NCBI GenBank assembly: GCA_046724215.1
Contig: JBKOWC010000176.1
Coordinates: forward strand, 1 to 29,522
Length of the DNA: 29,522 nucleotides
Direction: 5' to 3'
DNA from: Pseudomonadota bacterium
GTDB lineage: Bacteria; Pseudomonadota; Alphaproteobacteria; Dongiales; Dongiaceae
Positions 18,131 to 26,028 of this stretch are shown in pieces. The translations under genes were made by a program, and so were the position numbers. The notes beneath the pieces are model-generated. The model was given only the letters and a program-made list of their open reading frames with translations. It did no database searches and was not told the origin of the DNA. How positions within the stretch are numbered: position 1 is the stretch's first letter; the number at the start of each line of letters is the position of its first letter.

Positions 18131-19263
18131 GCGAGGCCCCGGCCATGCGCGATGACCCGCCCGCCGTCCGCATCGAACAGGTGCAGGTCCTCCGCCATCA
18201 CATTGAATGGGATGTCCTGGCCGACGCGGACGTCGACGCGCTGGTGTGCGACCACCACCATGAGGCTTCCCGCGACATCGGCCGCGATGTGGCTCTGGTC
18301 TCCCAGCCATTGGTTCGAGAGCACCGTCGCTTTGAGCTTGGACTCCTGGAGCCGGACCGCATGCGGCCGGATGCCGAGGGCGACCGAGCCGCGTGATGCC
18401 AGAGCATCGCGCACGGGGGTGCCGATATCGGACTCGGCGTAGTCGAACGCCATCCCTTGGCTGCCCGCGATCACGAAACGCACGCGCCCGCCCGACATCT
18501 CCGGTCGCGTCGCAAACACATTCATCGGGGGCTCGCCGATGAATGTACCGACGAAGAGATTGGCCGGCCGGTCCTTCAGTTCACGCGGTGTCGCGACCTG
18601 TTGCAGAACGCCGCCTTCCATCACCGCGATGCGGTCGGCGAGCGCGTTGGCCTCGGTCTGGTCGTGCGTCACGAGCACGGAAGTCATGCGGCGCTCGCGC
18701 AGATAGTGCTTGAGCCGGCCGCGCAGGATCGCCCGCAGCTGCGGTTCCAGCTGTCCCATCGGCTCATCGAGCAGATAGAGGTCGGCCTGGCGCACGAGGG
18801 CGCGGGCCAGGCTGGCGCGCTGCTGCTGGCCGCCCGAGATCGATGAGGGATAGCGATCGAGAATGTCCGTGATCTCCAGCAGCGCCGCGATGTCCTGGAC
18901 GCGCCTGTTCTCTTCGGCTTTCGCCAGCCGCGATGATTTGAGCGCGAAGGCGATGTTGTCGCGGACGGTCAGCGGTGGATAGAGCGAGTAACCCTCGAAC
19001 GCCATCGCCACATGGCGTTTCGCCGGCGGCAGCAGATGGATCGGCTGGCCGTTGATGGCGATGGCGCCCTCTGTCACGGCTTCGAATCCGGCGATCATCC
19101 GGAGCGTCGACGTCTTGCCGCAACCCGACGATCCCAAGAGCGCCACGGTCTCGCCGGGCCGCACGGCCATCGTCAGCGCCTTCACCGCGTGCACCGGTAC
19201 GCGCCGGCGTGGCCGGTAGATCTTGTCGACAGCGTCGAGGCTGAGGACGTCGGACGCGCTCAT
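18127..19263 (-). CDS. CUT1 ABC ATP-binding protein 2 (MptE-like)
   Basis: GSSGCGKT, AFEGY, ISGGQQQR, YLLDEP, VTHDQ. ATG 19263 overlaps the upstream stop. Confidence 0.93.
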   Translation of the reverse strand: MSASDVLSLDAVDKIYRPRRRVPVHAVKALTMAVRPGETVALLGSSGCGKTSTLRMIAGFEAVTEGAIAINGQPIHLLPPAKRHVAMAFEGYSLYPPLTVRDNIAFALKSSRLAKAEENRRVQDIAALLEITDILDRYPSSISGGQQQRASLARALVRQADLYLLDEPMGQLEPQLRAILRGRLKHYLRERRMTSVLVTHDQTEANALADRIAVMEGGVLQQVATPRELKDRPANLFVGTFIGEPPMNVFATRPEMSGGRVRFVIAGSQGMAFDYAESDIGTPVRDALASRGSVALGIRPHAVRLQESKLKATVLSNQWLGDQSHIAADVAGSLMVVVAHQRVDVRVGQDIPFNVMAEDLHLFDADGGRVIAHGRGLA

Positions 19264-20363
19264 GGCCGCCCTGTCCCGCATGCGGCTTTCAGCCGCTGGC
19301 CGGTGGTCTTATCGAACAGGAGGATGTCGTCGAGGGCGAATTGCAGGCCCACCTTGGTGTCGGCCTCGGCGGGTCGTTCGCCCGACGGTTGCGACGCCAG
19401 AATCTCCCGGCCGTCGCTGGTATTCAGAAGCGTGACGAGGCGCTCGTTGAGCGGTGTCACGGCGACGACAGCGGCGGGGATCGCATTCGGCGCGGGGGCT
19501 CCTATCTTTACGGCTTCCGGACGGACGCCGAGGAGCGCAGCGCCGCCGACGGCGGTGCGATACTGCTCGCCGATCGGTATTGACGTGCCACCGATCGTCG
19601 CGCTGACACCGCTCTCAGCGCCCTGCGGCGTCACGTCGATCAGGTTGATCGTGGGGTCACCGAACAGGCGCGCCACCTGAATCGTCTCCGGCAGCCGATA
19701 GATCTCGTCGGGCGACGCCACCTGCACGAAATGGCCGCCGATGAGGACGGCGATGCGGTCGGCAAGTGCCATCGCCTCCTTGTAGTCCTGGGTCACGTAG
19801 AGCACGGTCGCGCCGGACTGCCTCAGGAGCGGGGGCAACTCCAGCCGCATCTCGAAGCGCAGCTTGGCGTCGACGTTGCGCAAGGGGTCATCGAGCAGCA
19901 GCAGCTTCGGCGATCCCGCCAGTGCGCGTGCCAGAGCCGTGCGCTGCTTCTGGCCGTTCGAAAGCTCGCGCGGCGCGTGGGAGAGCACGTGGTCGATCTT
20001 CAGCATCTTGGCGACGCGCTCGACGCCTTCGCGGATCGGCCCCGCCGACATGTGCCGCGCGGCGAGCGGGCTGGCGATGTTGTCGAAGGCGGACATGTGC
20101 GGGAAGAGCGCGAAATTCTGGAAGGCCATGCCGATGTCGCGGTGATCGGGCGCGACGTCCGTCATGTCCTCGCCGTCGACGTAGATGGCACCGGCGTCCG
20201 GATCATGCACGCCGGCAATGAGCCGCAGCAGCACCGTCTTGCCGCCGCCCGAGGGGCCAAAGATGACGACAATCTCGCCCTTGTCGGCAGCGAGCGAGAC
20301 GCCGTCGAGCACGGCTCCGTTCTTGAACGACTTGGTGAGACCCTTCAGCTCGAGACGCGCCAT
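19260..20363 (-). CDS. CUT1 ABC ATP-binding protein 1 (MptD-like), non-consensus catalytic motifs
   Basis: GPSGGGKT, AFQNF, LSNGQKQR, LLLLDDP, YVTQD. Confidence 0.92.
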   Translation of the reverse strand: MARLELKGLTKSFKNGAVLDGVSLAADKGEIVVIFGPSGGGKTVLLRLIAGVHDPDAGAIYVDGEDMTDVAPDHRDIGMAFQNFALFPHMSAFDNIASPLAARHMSAGPIREGVERVAKMLKIDHVLSHAPRELSNGQKQRTALARALAGSPKLLLLDDPLRNVDAKLRFEMRLELPPLLRQSGATVLYVTQDYKEAMALADRIAVLIGGHFVQVASPDEIYRLPETIQVARLFGDPTINLIDVTPQGAESGVSATIGGTSIPIGEQYRTAVGGAALLGVRPEAVKIGAPAPNAIPAAVVAVTPLNERLVTLLNTSDGREILASQPSGERPAEADTKVGLQFALDDILLFDKTTGQRLKAACGTGRP

Positions 20364-20366
20364 CCC

Positions 20367-21224
20367 CTACCCCTTGACGGCGCCGAGCGACAGGCCCTCG
20401 ACCAGATAGCGCTGGGCATAGAGCGCCAAAAGCAAAGTCGGGGTCACCGAAAGCACGATGGCGGCCGCGATCTGGCCATATTGAATGCCGGACGCCGTGA
20501 CGAAGGCGAGGGCGCCAACCGTCACCGGCTGCTTGCTGGCGGAGGCCAGGATCAGCGCGAACACGAAGTTGTTCCACGCGAAGATGAAAGCGAGCAGGCC
20601 GGCGGCGGCGATGCCCGGCCGCGCCAGCGGAATGGCGATGCGGGTGAAGGTCTGCAGCCAGGAATGGCCGGCGATGCGGTAGGCGTGCTCGATGTCCGGG
20701 CTGATGTCCTCGAAGTAGCCGCGCACGATCCACAGGATCAGCGGCAGGCAGATGAGCTGGTACACCCAGATCAGGCCGACGTAGGAATCCGTCAGGTGCA
20801 TCTGCTTGAAGTAGAGGCTGAGCGGCAGCAGCACCAGCAGCGGCGGCGCGAAGCGGAAGGACAGCAAGGTGAAGGCGATGTTCTCGCCGAGCCGGAAACG
20901 GAAGCGGGCGAAGGCATAGGCGGCGGGCACCCCCAACAACAAGGACAAGAGCACGGCGCAGGTCGACAGCAGCACGCTGTTGCCGAGGTTGCGCATGAAC
21001 AGGATGTCGAGATTGCCGGCGGTGGTCTTGAGCTGTCCCGTCAGCAGCGCGGTGTAGTTGGCGAGCGTCGGCTCGAAGAACAGGCTCGGCGGGATGCGCA
21101 GAATGGTCTCGTTCGTCTGGAACGACATCAGGAGTATCCAGAAGATCGGGAACAGGAAGAAGACCAGCACGAGGGTGATCAGAACCCCTCGCACGATCCG
21201 TTCGGTGGTCGAGACATGATCCAC
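20367..21224 (-). CDS. CUT1 ABC permease (MptC-like)
   Basis: GTG start with gaggg RBS, GYFEDISPDIEHAYRIAG EAA-like loop, FIFAWNNF. Confidence 0.92.
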   Translation of the reverse strand: MDHVSTTERIVRGVLITLVLVFFLFPIFWILLMSFQTNETILRIPPSLFFEPTLANYTALLTGQLKTTAGNLDILFMRNLGNSVLLSTCAVLLSLLLGVPAAYAFARFRFRLGENIAFTLLSFRFAPPLLVLLPLSLYFKQMHLTDSYVGLIWVYQLICLPLILWIVRGYFEDISPDIEHAYRIAGHSWLQTFTRIAIPLARPGIAAAGLLAFIFAWNNFVFALILASASKQPVTVGALAFVTASGIQYGQIAAAIVLSVTPTLLLALYAQRYLVEGLSLGAVKG

Positions 21225-21234
21225 GGACGGTCCC

Positions 21235-22170
21235 TCAGGCGTGCCCGCGCGTGCGCTCGCGCAGCTTCAGCCACTGCTTGATGAAGATGTTCGACAGGAA
21301 ATAGGTGATCGCCCACAGCACCATCAGGATCGCCGCCGACCGCCCGACGTTCGTGTATTGGAAGAACTCGAGATAGGAGCGCACCTGGAAGACCAGCAGG
21401 GTGTCGCCGGGGCCGCCCTGGGTCATGGAATAGATGATGTCGAACTGCTGGATCGAATCGAGCAGCCGGAACAGGGTCGCCGTGATGATGTAGGGCATCA
21501 GCATCGGCAGGGTGATGCGGAAGAAGACGAAGCTGCGGGGCACGCCGTCGAGAGCGGCGGCCTCGAAGGGCTGCTTCGGCAGCGAGCGCAGGCCGGCCAG
21601 CAGCAGGATCATCATGAAGGGCGTGTAGACCCAGATGTCCACCAGCGTGACCGTGAAGAGCGCCGTGCTCGGGTCCGACGCCCATTTGAAATCGGTGACG
21701 CCGAGCAGACTCACGAGATAGCTGAGGATGCCGAAGTTCGGGTTCGTCATCAGCTTCCACATGAGGGCGGCCAGGGCCGGCGCCGTCATCAGCGGCAGCA
21801 GCAGGAGGATCGAGGCGGCGTTGTGGAAGCGCGTCGGCTTCTGCAGCAGCAGCGCGATGCCGAGGCCAAGCACGAGCTCGAGGCCGACCGTGAGGCCGGC
21901 ATAGATCAGCGAGATCGCGACCGTGTGCCAAAAGGTCGCGTCGCTGAGGAACGCGATGTAGTTGTCGAACCAGATGAAGCCCTTCAGCATCGGCAGGTTC
22001 AGCCGATAGCGCATCATCGAGTAGTAGGCGGCCGTAAAGAACGGGACGAGGATGCCGATGCAGATCAGGAGCGCCGGCAGGCTCAGCACGTAGGGCAGCG
22101 CCCGCCGCATGATCCGCGACCGGACGGGTCGTGCAACCGAGGCGTCAGCCACGCTGCTCATCGCTCGCAT
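21235..22170 (-). CDS. CUT1 ABC permease (MptB-like)
   Basis: DIWVYTPFMMILLLAGLRSLPKQPFEAAALDG, TQGGPG. Start 22170 or 22161. Confidence 0.92.
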   Translation of the reverse strand: MRAMSSVADASVARPVRSRIMRRALPYVLSLPALLICIGILVPFFTAAYYSMMRYRLNLPMLKGFIWFDNYIAFLSDATFWHTVAISLIYAGLTVGLELVLGLGIALLLQKPTRFHNAASILLLLPLMTAPALAALMWKLMTNPNFGILSYLVSLLGVTDFKWASDPSTALFTVTLVDIWVYTPFMMILLLAGLRSLPKQPFEAAALDGVPRSFVFFRITLPMLMPYIITATLFRLLDSIQQFDIIYSMTQGGPGDTLLVFQVRSYLEFFQYTNVGRSAAILMVLWAITYFLSNIFIKQWLKLRERTRGHA

Positions 22171-22205
22171 AACTCCAGGCGATCAGTTTGTCGGCCGAGG
22201 AAGCC

Positions 22206-22239
22206 GGGCGCAACCCGCTGCGCACGGCGGGTTGCGCCC
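22206..22239. repeat. 13-bp perfect inverted repeat between SBP and first permease
   Basis: GGGCGCAACCCGC (22206-22218), 8-nt loop, GCGGGTTGCGCCC (22227-22239). No U-tract. Confidence 0.75.
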
Positions 22240-22258
22240 AGCGCGGCTCAGGAGCAGC

Positions 22259-23698
22259 TCAGCCGAGGCCGGCGTCCTTGAGCTGCTTGTCGATGTTCGC
22301 GGCCAACTGGTCGAGGCCTTCATCGACCGGCACCTGCTTCGCCACCATCTTCTGCAGCGTCTCCGCCCACTGCGTCGTGAGGTCGAAGAACAGCGGCTGG
22401 GCGGTGAAGTAGATCTTGGCACCCGGCGCCGAGATGTCGTGCTGCTCAAGATAGCCGGGATAGGACTTGGCGATGCGGTCGCGGAACTCCTGGTCCTTCC
22501 ACACGGACTGCCGCACCGGATTGACGAAGTCCATCTTGCGCGCGCCGAACATGTCGTGCTCGGTCGAGGTCGCCCACTGGATGAAGTACCAGGCGGCGTC
22601 CTTCTGGGCCGAGAAACTCGACAGCGCCAGCGACCAGATCCAAACGTTCGGCGTCGGCGCCTTGGCCGCCGGGTTGGCGGCAAAGGGCGCGTAGCCGATA
22701 TGGCCCTTCTCCTTGTTGTCGCCGCCGTTCATGAAGTAGCCGAGGATATCGGCGTCGAAGATCATGGCGGAGGCGCCGGCGCCGAGATCGGTGCCGACCT
22801 GATACCAGGTGTAGGTGGCCCAGTTCTTTGGCCCGGAGTCCTGGATCATCTGCACCCACAGCTTGTGGTAGGCCTTCGACTCCGCCGTGTTCATCGCCGC
22901 CTTCAGCTTGCCGTCGGTCACCGTGAAGTCGCGCTGCCCGAAGTTCGAGTAGCCGGAGAGGAAGCCCGGATGGATCGTGGCCCAGGAGCGCGAGCCGCGC
23001 ACGCCGACACCGTATGGTCCGCCGGCATCCTTCGTGAGCTTGGCGGCGACGCCGACCATGTCTTCGAGGTTCTTCGGCGGCTGCACGCCGACTTTGTCGA
23101 ACAGGCCGCGGTTGTACGAGATGTTGTTCAGCTCGTAGCCCCAGGGCACGCACCACTGCTTGGCGTCGGCCGAGCCGAGCTCGGCACCGGGTACGCCGTT
23201 CCAGGCTGTCGAGGCCCGCAGGCCCGGCAGCACGTCATCCCAATTGTGGTTGGGGTTCGTCTTGCTCGCGTCCTTGAGGTATGCGTTGAGGTCCTCGATC
23301 CAGCCGGCCGGGCCGTAGGTCCAGGTCATGTAGGCGCCGGTCATGAAGGCATCGTACTCGGAGGACGAGGACGACAGCGCCGCTGTCACCTTGTCGAAAT
23401 AGACGTCCTCCGGGAAGATGTCGTAGCTGACGTCCATGCCGGTCAGCGTCTTGAAGTTCTCGAGGTCAGCGATCATCGCATCCGCGTAGGGATGCTTGTT
23501 GAGCAGCAGCTTCAGCTTCGTGCCCTTGAACTTCTGCCAGTCGAAATCGGCGGCCAGCGCCTGCGTGGCGGCGGCGTTGAGCAGAACGGCGGCCGCGCCG
23601 ATCGACAGGCCGAGGCGCCCGGCCCGGTCCAGCATCTCCCGCCGGCTCATCTTCTTTGCCGCGAAGGCGGCAAAGAGGTCCTTCTCCTTGTTGTACAT
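22259..23698 (-). CDS. CUT1 ABC solute-binding protein (MptA-like polyol-binding), Tat signal
   Basis: RBS aagggagatcaacgaATG at 23698. MSRREML twin-arginine motif, h-region and AQALA-type cleavage site (TQALA|AD). Confidence 0.92.
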   Translation of the reverse strand: MYNKEKDLFAAFAAKKMSRREMLDRAGRLGLSIGAAAVLLNAAATQALAADFDWQKFKGTKLKLLLNKHPYADAMIADLENFKTLTGMDVSYDIFPEDVYFDKVTAALSSSSSEYDAFMTGAYMTWTYGPAGWIEDLNAYLKDASKTNPNHNWDDVLPGLRASTAWNGVPGAELGSADAKQWCVPWGYELNNISYNRGLFDKVGVQPPKNLEDMVGVAAKLTKDAGGPYGVGVRGSRSWATIHPGFLSGYSNFGQRDFTVTDGKLKAAMNTAESKAYHKLWVQMIQDSGPKNWATYTWYQVGTDLGAGASAMIFDADILGYFMNGGDNKEKGHIGYAPFAANPAAKAPTPNVWIWSLALSSFSAQKDAAWYFIQWATSTEHDMFGARKMDFVNPVRQSVWKDQEFRDRIAKSYPGYLEQHDISAPGAKIYFTAQPLFFDLTTQWAETLQKMVAKQVPVDEGLDQLAANIDKQLKDAGLG

Positions 23699-23729
23699 TC
23701 GTTGATCTCCCTTTCGCTTGTAGGACGAT

Positions 23730-24743
23730 TTAACCCCGGCGTTTGTTGCCGTTCTTGTTGCCGGGCGCTTGTCCCGGATGTTCACGGGCGAGGCCGCGAG
23801 CCGTGGTCTCGTCGGTGATGAGCCCGTAAAGGAGTCCGCTGTTCAGGATGGCGCGAATGGGTCGGACCTTGCTGCGGCCGCCGGCGATGGCGAGCAGCTG
23901 CCGGCCGCGCAGATCCTCGACGCTCAGCGACAACGCCCGGGCCGACAAATCGGTTTCGATCTGCTGACCGTCGACGCCGAAGAAGTGACCGAGAACCTCG
24001 CCGTAGCCGCCGGCCTGCTTCAGTTCGGCGAGTTCGTTCGGCCGAATCATGCCGCTGGCCGCCAGGAAGCCCGTCGTCTCGACCTCGCCGATGCCGACGA
24101 TGAGAAGCGACGCCCGCCGCGCCAGTTGAACCACATCGGCGATGCCGACCTGGGACATGAGGACATTCTTGTCCTCGACCGAATTGGCGAAGGCAGGCAC
24201 CGGCATGAGGTAGGCTTCCGCCGCGGTCCGTTCGGCCAGCTTGTGGATGACGTCGAAAGGATTGGCGGCAAACTTTCGCGTGAGCCCACCGAGCAAGGAG
24301 ACGAATTGCACGCCGGGTGCCGGCGTGCGCGGCAGATGTTCGATCGCCGCCGCCAGCGTGCGCCCGTGACCGATGCCGATGATCTTGTGTTCGCTGTGTT
24401 CGAGAACGCCGCGCAGACAGCGCGCCGCGGCAATACCCAGGGCGCGAAACGGCAACGCCCCCTCGTCGAGATCCGGCGCCACCTCGCAGTAGCGAAGTCC
24501 GTAGCTCGACTTCAGCGCTTCTTCGAGCGCCACGCACTCGGCCACCGCGCCATCGACGAAGACGCGGATGAGCCCCTCGCGATTCGCGCGCGCGATCAGC
24601 CGATGCGCCTTCGTGCTCGGCACGTTCAGTCTGTCCGCGACTTCCCTCTGGGTCTTGCCGCCGGCGAAGTACAGCCATGCTGCCCGCGCAGCCAAGCTCG
24701 ACTCCGCGTCGAACTTCGAACCGAACCCGTCCGGGTGGCTCAT
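23730..24743 (-). CDS. eryD: Erythritol operon regulator (SorC family)
   Basis: LAARAAWLYF...TKAHRLIARA, YCEVAPD, GIGHGRTL, FVSLLGGLTRKFAANPF and LYGLITDE match EryD as I recall it. Start ATG 24743 with GGAG RBS. Confidence 0.88.
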   Translation of the reverse strand: MSHPDGFGSKFDAESSLAARAAWLYFAGGKTQREVADRLNVPSTKAHRLIARANREGLIRVFVDGAVAECVALEEALKSSYGLRYCEVAPDLDEGALPFRALGIAAARCLRGVLEHSEHKIIGIGHGRTLAAAIEHLPRTPAPGVQFVSLLGGLTRKFAANPFDVIHKLAERTAAEAYLMPVPAFANSVEDKNVLMSQVGIADVVQLARRASLLIVGIGEVETTGFLAASGMIRPNELAELKQAGGYGEVLGHFFGVDGQQIETDLSARALSLSVEDLRGRQLLAIAGGRSKVRPIRAILNSGLLYGLITDETTARGLAREHPGQAPGNKNGNKRRG

Positions 24744-24786
24744 GGGTCCACGTCTCCGTCCGTTTGCAATTTTTTTTGTCATCTGC

Positions 24787-24815
24787 AATATTTTGCATCT
24801 CGTGGAAGGTGTCAA
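24787..24815 (-). promoter_or_regulatory. Candidate sigma70 promoter of the eryD-ABC-ery operon with overlapping operator-like palindrome
   Basis: TTGACA (24815-24810), 17-nt spacer, AATATT (24792-24787). TGCAA-TATT-TTGCA inverted repeat (24784-24797) covers the -10. Confidence 0.6.
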
Positions 24816-24842
24816 TACGCAATCGATTCCGCACCGCAGCAC

Positions 24843-24916
24843 GACGAGTACGCTGGGTGCGATAACTGATCCTGCCGTACTCGTCTTCGCCGATCCCGGC
24901 GCCTTGGGCCGGATCG
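24843..24916. repeat. Two tandem hairpins downstream of the tRNA
   Basis: GACGAGTACG (24843-24852) / CGTACTCGTC (24876-24885) perfect 10-bp stem. CGATC-C-CGGC / GCCG-GATCG bulged stem (24891-24916). Confidence 0.6.
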
Positions 24917-24935
24917 AACCGGCCGGTGTTCGAGT

Positions 24936-25234
24936 TGGTACGGACGGGGGGACTCGAACCCCCAACCCCTTACGGGGAGCAGATTTTCGTACCACTTCGA
25001 CTTTCGCCGCCGCCGCATGGGCGTTTGTGGTCTGGACTATCCCTTCGCCATGGCCTTTTTTGGCCGCAGGCGCCACCCGTCTAGTCTCCACACCTTCCCC
25101 CAAGAGGGGGCTTGGCTCGGGATTGGCCTAGGTCGCCCCTTAGCTTTCCCCGAGTTTGGGCGGTTCTACGCCGCGAGTTTCCTCGCGGGCACTCCAATGA
25201 AGTCTGCTGCGTTTACCGATTTCGCCACGTCCGC
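24936..25234 (-). tRNA. trnL: tRNA-Leu(UAA), intron-interrupted: exon 1 25234-25200 (35 nt), exon 2 24987-24936 (52 nt)
   Basis: Joined exons give GCGGACGTGGCGAAATCGGTAAACGCAGCAGACTT|AAAATCTGCTCCCCGTAAGGGGTTGGGGGTTCGAGTCCCCCCGTCCGTACCA (87 nt). Acceptor stem GCGGACG/CGTCCGT, anticodon stem GCAGA/TCTGC, loop CUUAAAA, long variable arm CCCC-GTAA-GGGG, GTTCGA T-loop, encoded CCA. Confidence 0.95.
24988..25199 (-). ncRNA. Group I intron (IC3-type), 212 nt, inserted after U34 of the anticodon
   Basis: P1 ACUU|/GAGU with U.G at the splice site. P2 CCGCGAG-GAAA-CUCGCGG. P3 CCGCCC/GGGUGG. P4 CUCGGG/CCCGAG. P6a CCCCC-UCUU-GGGGG. P7 G(A)GACUA/UAGUCC. P8 CGCC..GGCC-A6-GGCC..GGCG. ACCAC/GUGGU pairing near the 3' end. 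Terminal G before the 3' exon. Confidence 0.93.
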
Positions 25235-25289
25235 GTCGGCTCTGCATCGCCGTGCCATAGCGCATCCTCTTATGCAAAGCACGACGTTC

Positions 25290-26028
25290 GACGCGCTCTG
25301 GGAATCGGGACCTTCGTCGGGCTCGTCGATTGCATCGTCGCCGGCATGCTGAACGACCAACCCGCGCTTGCCTTGGTTATGTTGATCGCATGCCCGATGG
25401 CCTATGGCCTGATGGGGGCACTGATCCATTGGCGCCAGCTCCCCTCGATCGTCGTGACCCTGGGAGCCTCGTTCGTGTGGCTTGGCCTGGCTCTGATGGT
25501 GCTTCCTCTGCCGGGCGGCAGGGTGCCAGCGGTGCTGACAGGGTTCGTCCGTCTGCATCCGCCGTTTGCGCCGATGCCGATCGTGCTCGCCGTTATTCCG
25601 ATGGTGATCGCGCACCTCATTCTCAACAAGATGTCTTACGGCGTCGTGCTGCGCGCGGTAGCCTGGCTGCGGTCGAGCGCGCCGGTCGTTCCACCCTGAA
25701 GGCGCGGATGATCCTCTATGTCATGGCCGGAGTCTGCGGGCTGTGCGCAGGGCTCTGCCTCGCGGCGACGACGACAACGGGCGATGCCAATGTCGGGCGC
25801 GGCCTCACGCTGGTGTCGATCGGCGCTGTCATCATCGGCGGCGGCGAGTTCGTCGGCGGCATCGTGTCGCCCATCGGCACGGTGTTCGGCGCACTGATCA
25901 TGCAGCTGTCGGGGTCGCTGCTGAGCTTCGCCTCGGTGCCGCCCGCCTGGCAGTACAGCATCCAAGGCGCCATACTTCTGATGATCCTGGCGCTGCGGGT
26001 CGTCACCGGAAGGCGGAGACCGGCATGA
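25290..26028 (+). pseudogene. CUT2 (RbsC-like) ABC permease, 5'-truncated and frameshifted
   Basis: Frame A reads LGIGTFVGLV...LPSIVVTLG...YGVVLRA. Frame B continues GSLAAVERAG...SIGAVIIGGGEFVGG...QGAILLMILALR. The shift is near 25655-25660. No in-frame start or RBS for the N-terminal part. Confidence 0.8.

Noticed and set aside
1394-24936. Genomic island integrated at the tRNA 3' end
   Set aside because: The locus lies at the tRNA 3' end, but I found no integrase, no repeated copy of the tRNA 3' end and no obvious compositional break. It cannot be excluded beyond the window.
24744-25103. N-terminal extension of eryD in the ORF track
   Set aside because: It runs through the intron, tRNA exon 2 and the promoter. 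Similarity to EryD starts only at ATG 24743, which has an RBS.
24988-25199. Homing endonuclease or opal-suppressor/Sec reading (unspliced CUUCAUU)
   Set aside because: The intron is too short to encode a nuclease. The anticodon stem closes only after splicing, giving UAA, and the terminal G plus the P1 U.G pair fix the junction.
25235-25290. Promoter for the tRNA (TTGCAT...CTATGG)
   Set aside because: The spacer is only 11-13 nt, which does not fit sigma70 geometry.
24568-25352. ORFs 24568-25131, 24812-25018, 25017-25352 and the start of 25112-25699
   Set aside because: They overlap the tRNA and group I intron. The RNA structure explains the sequence.
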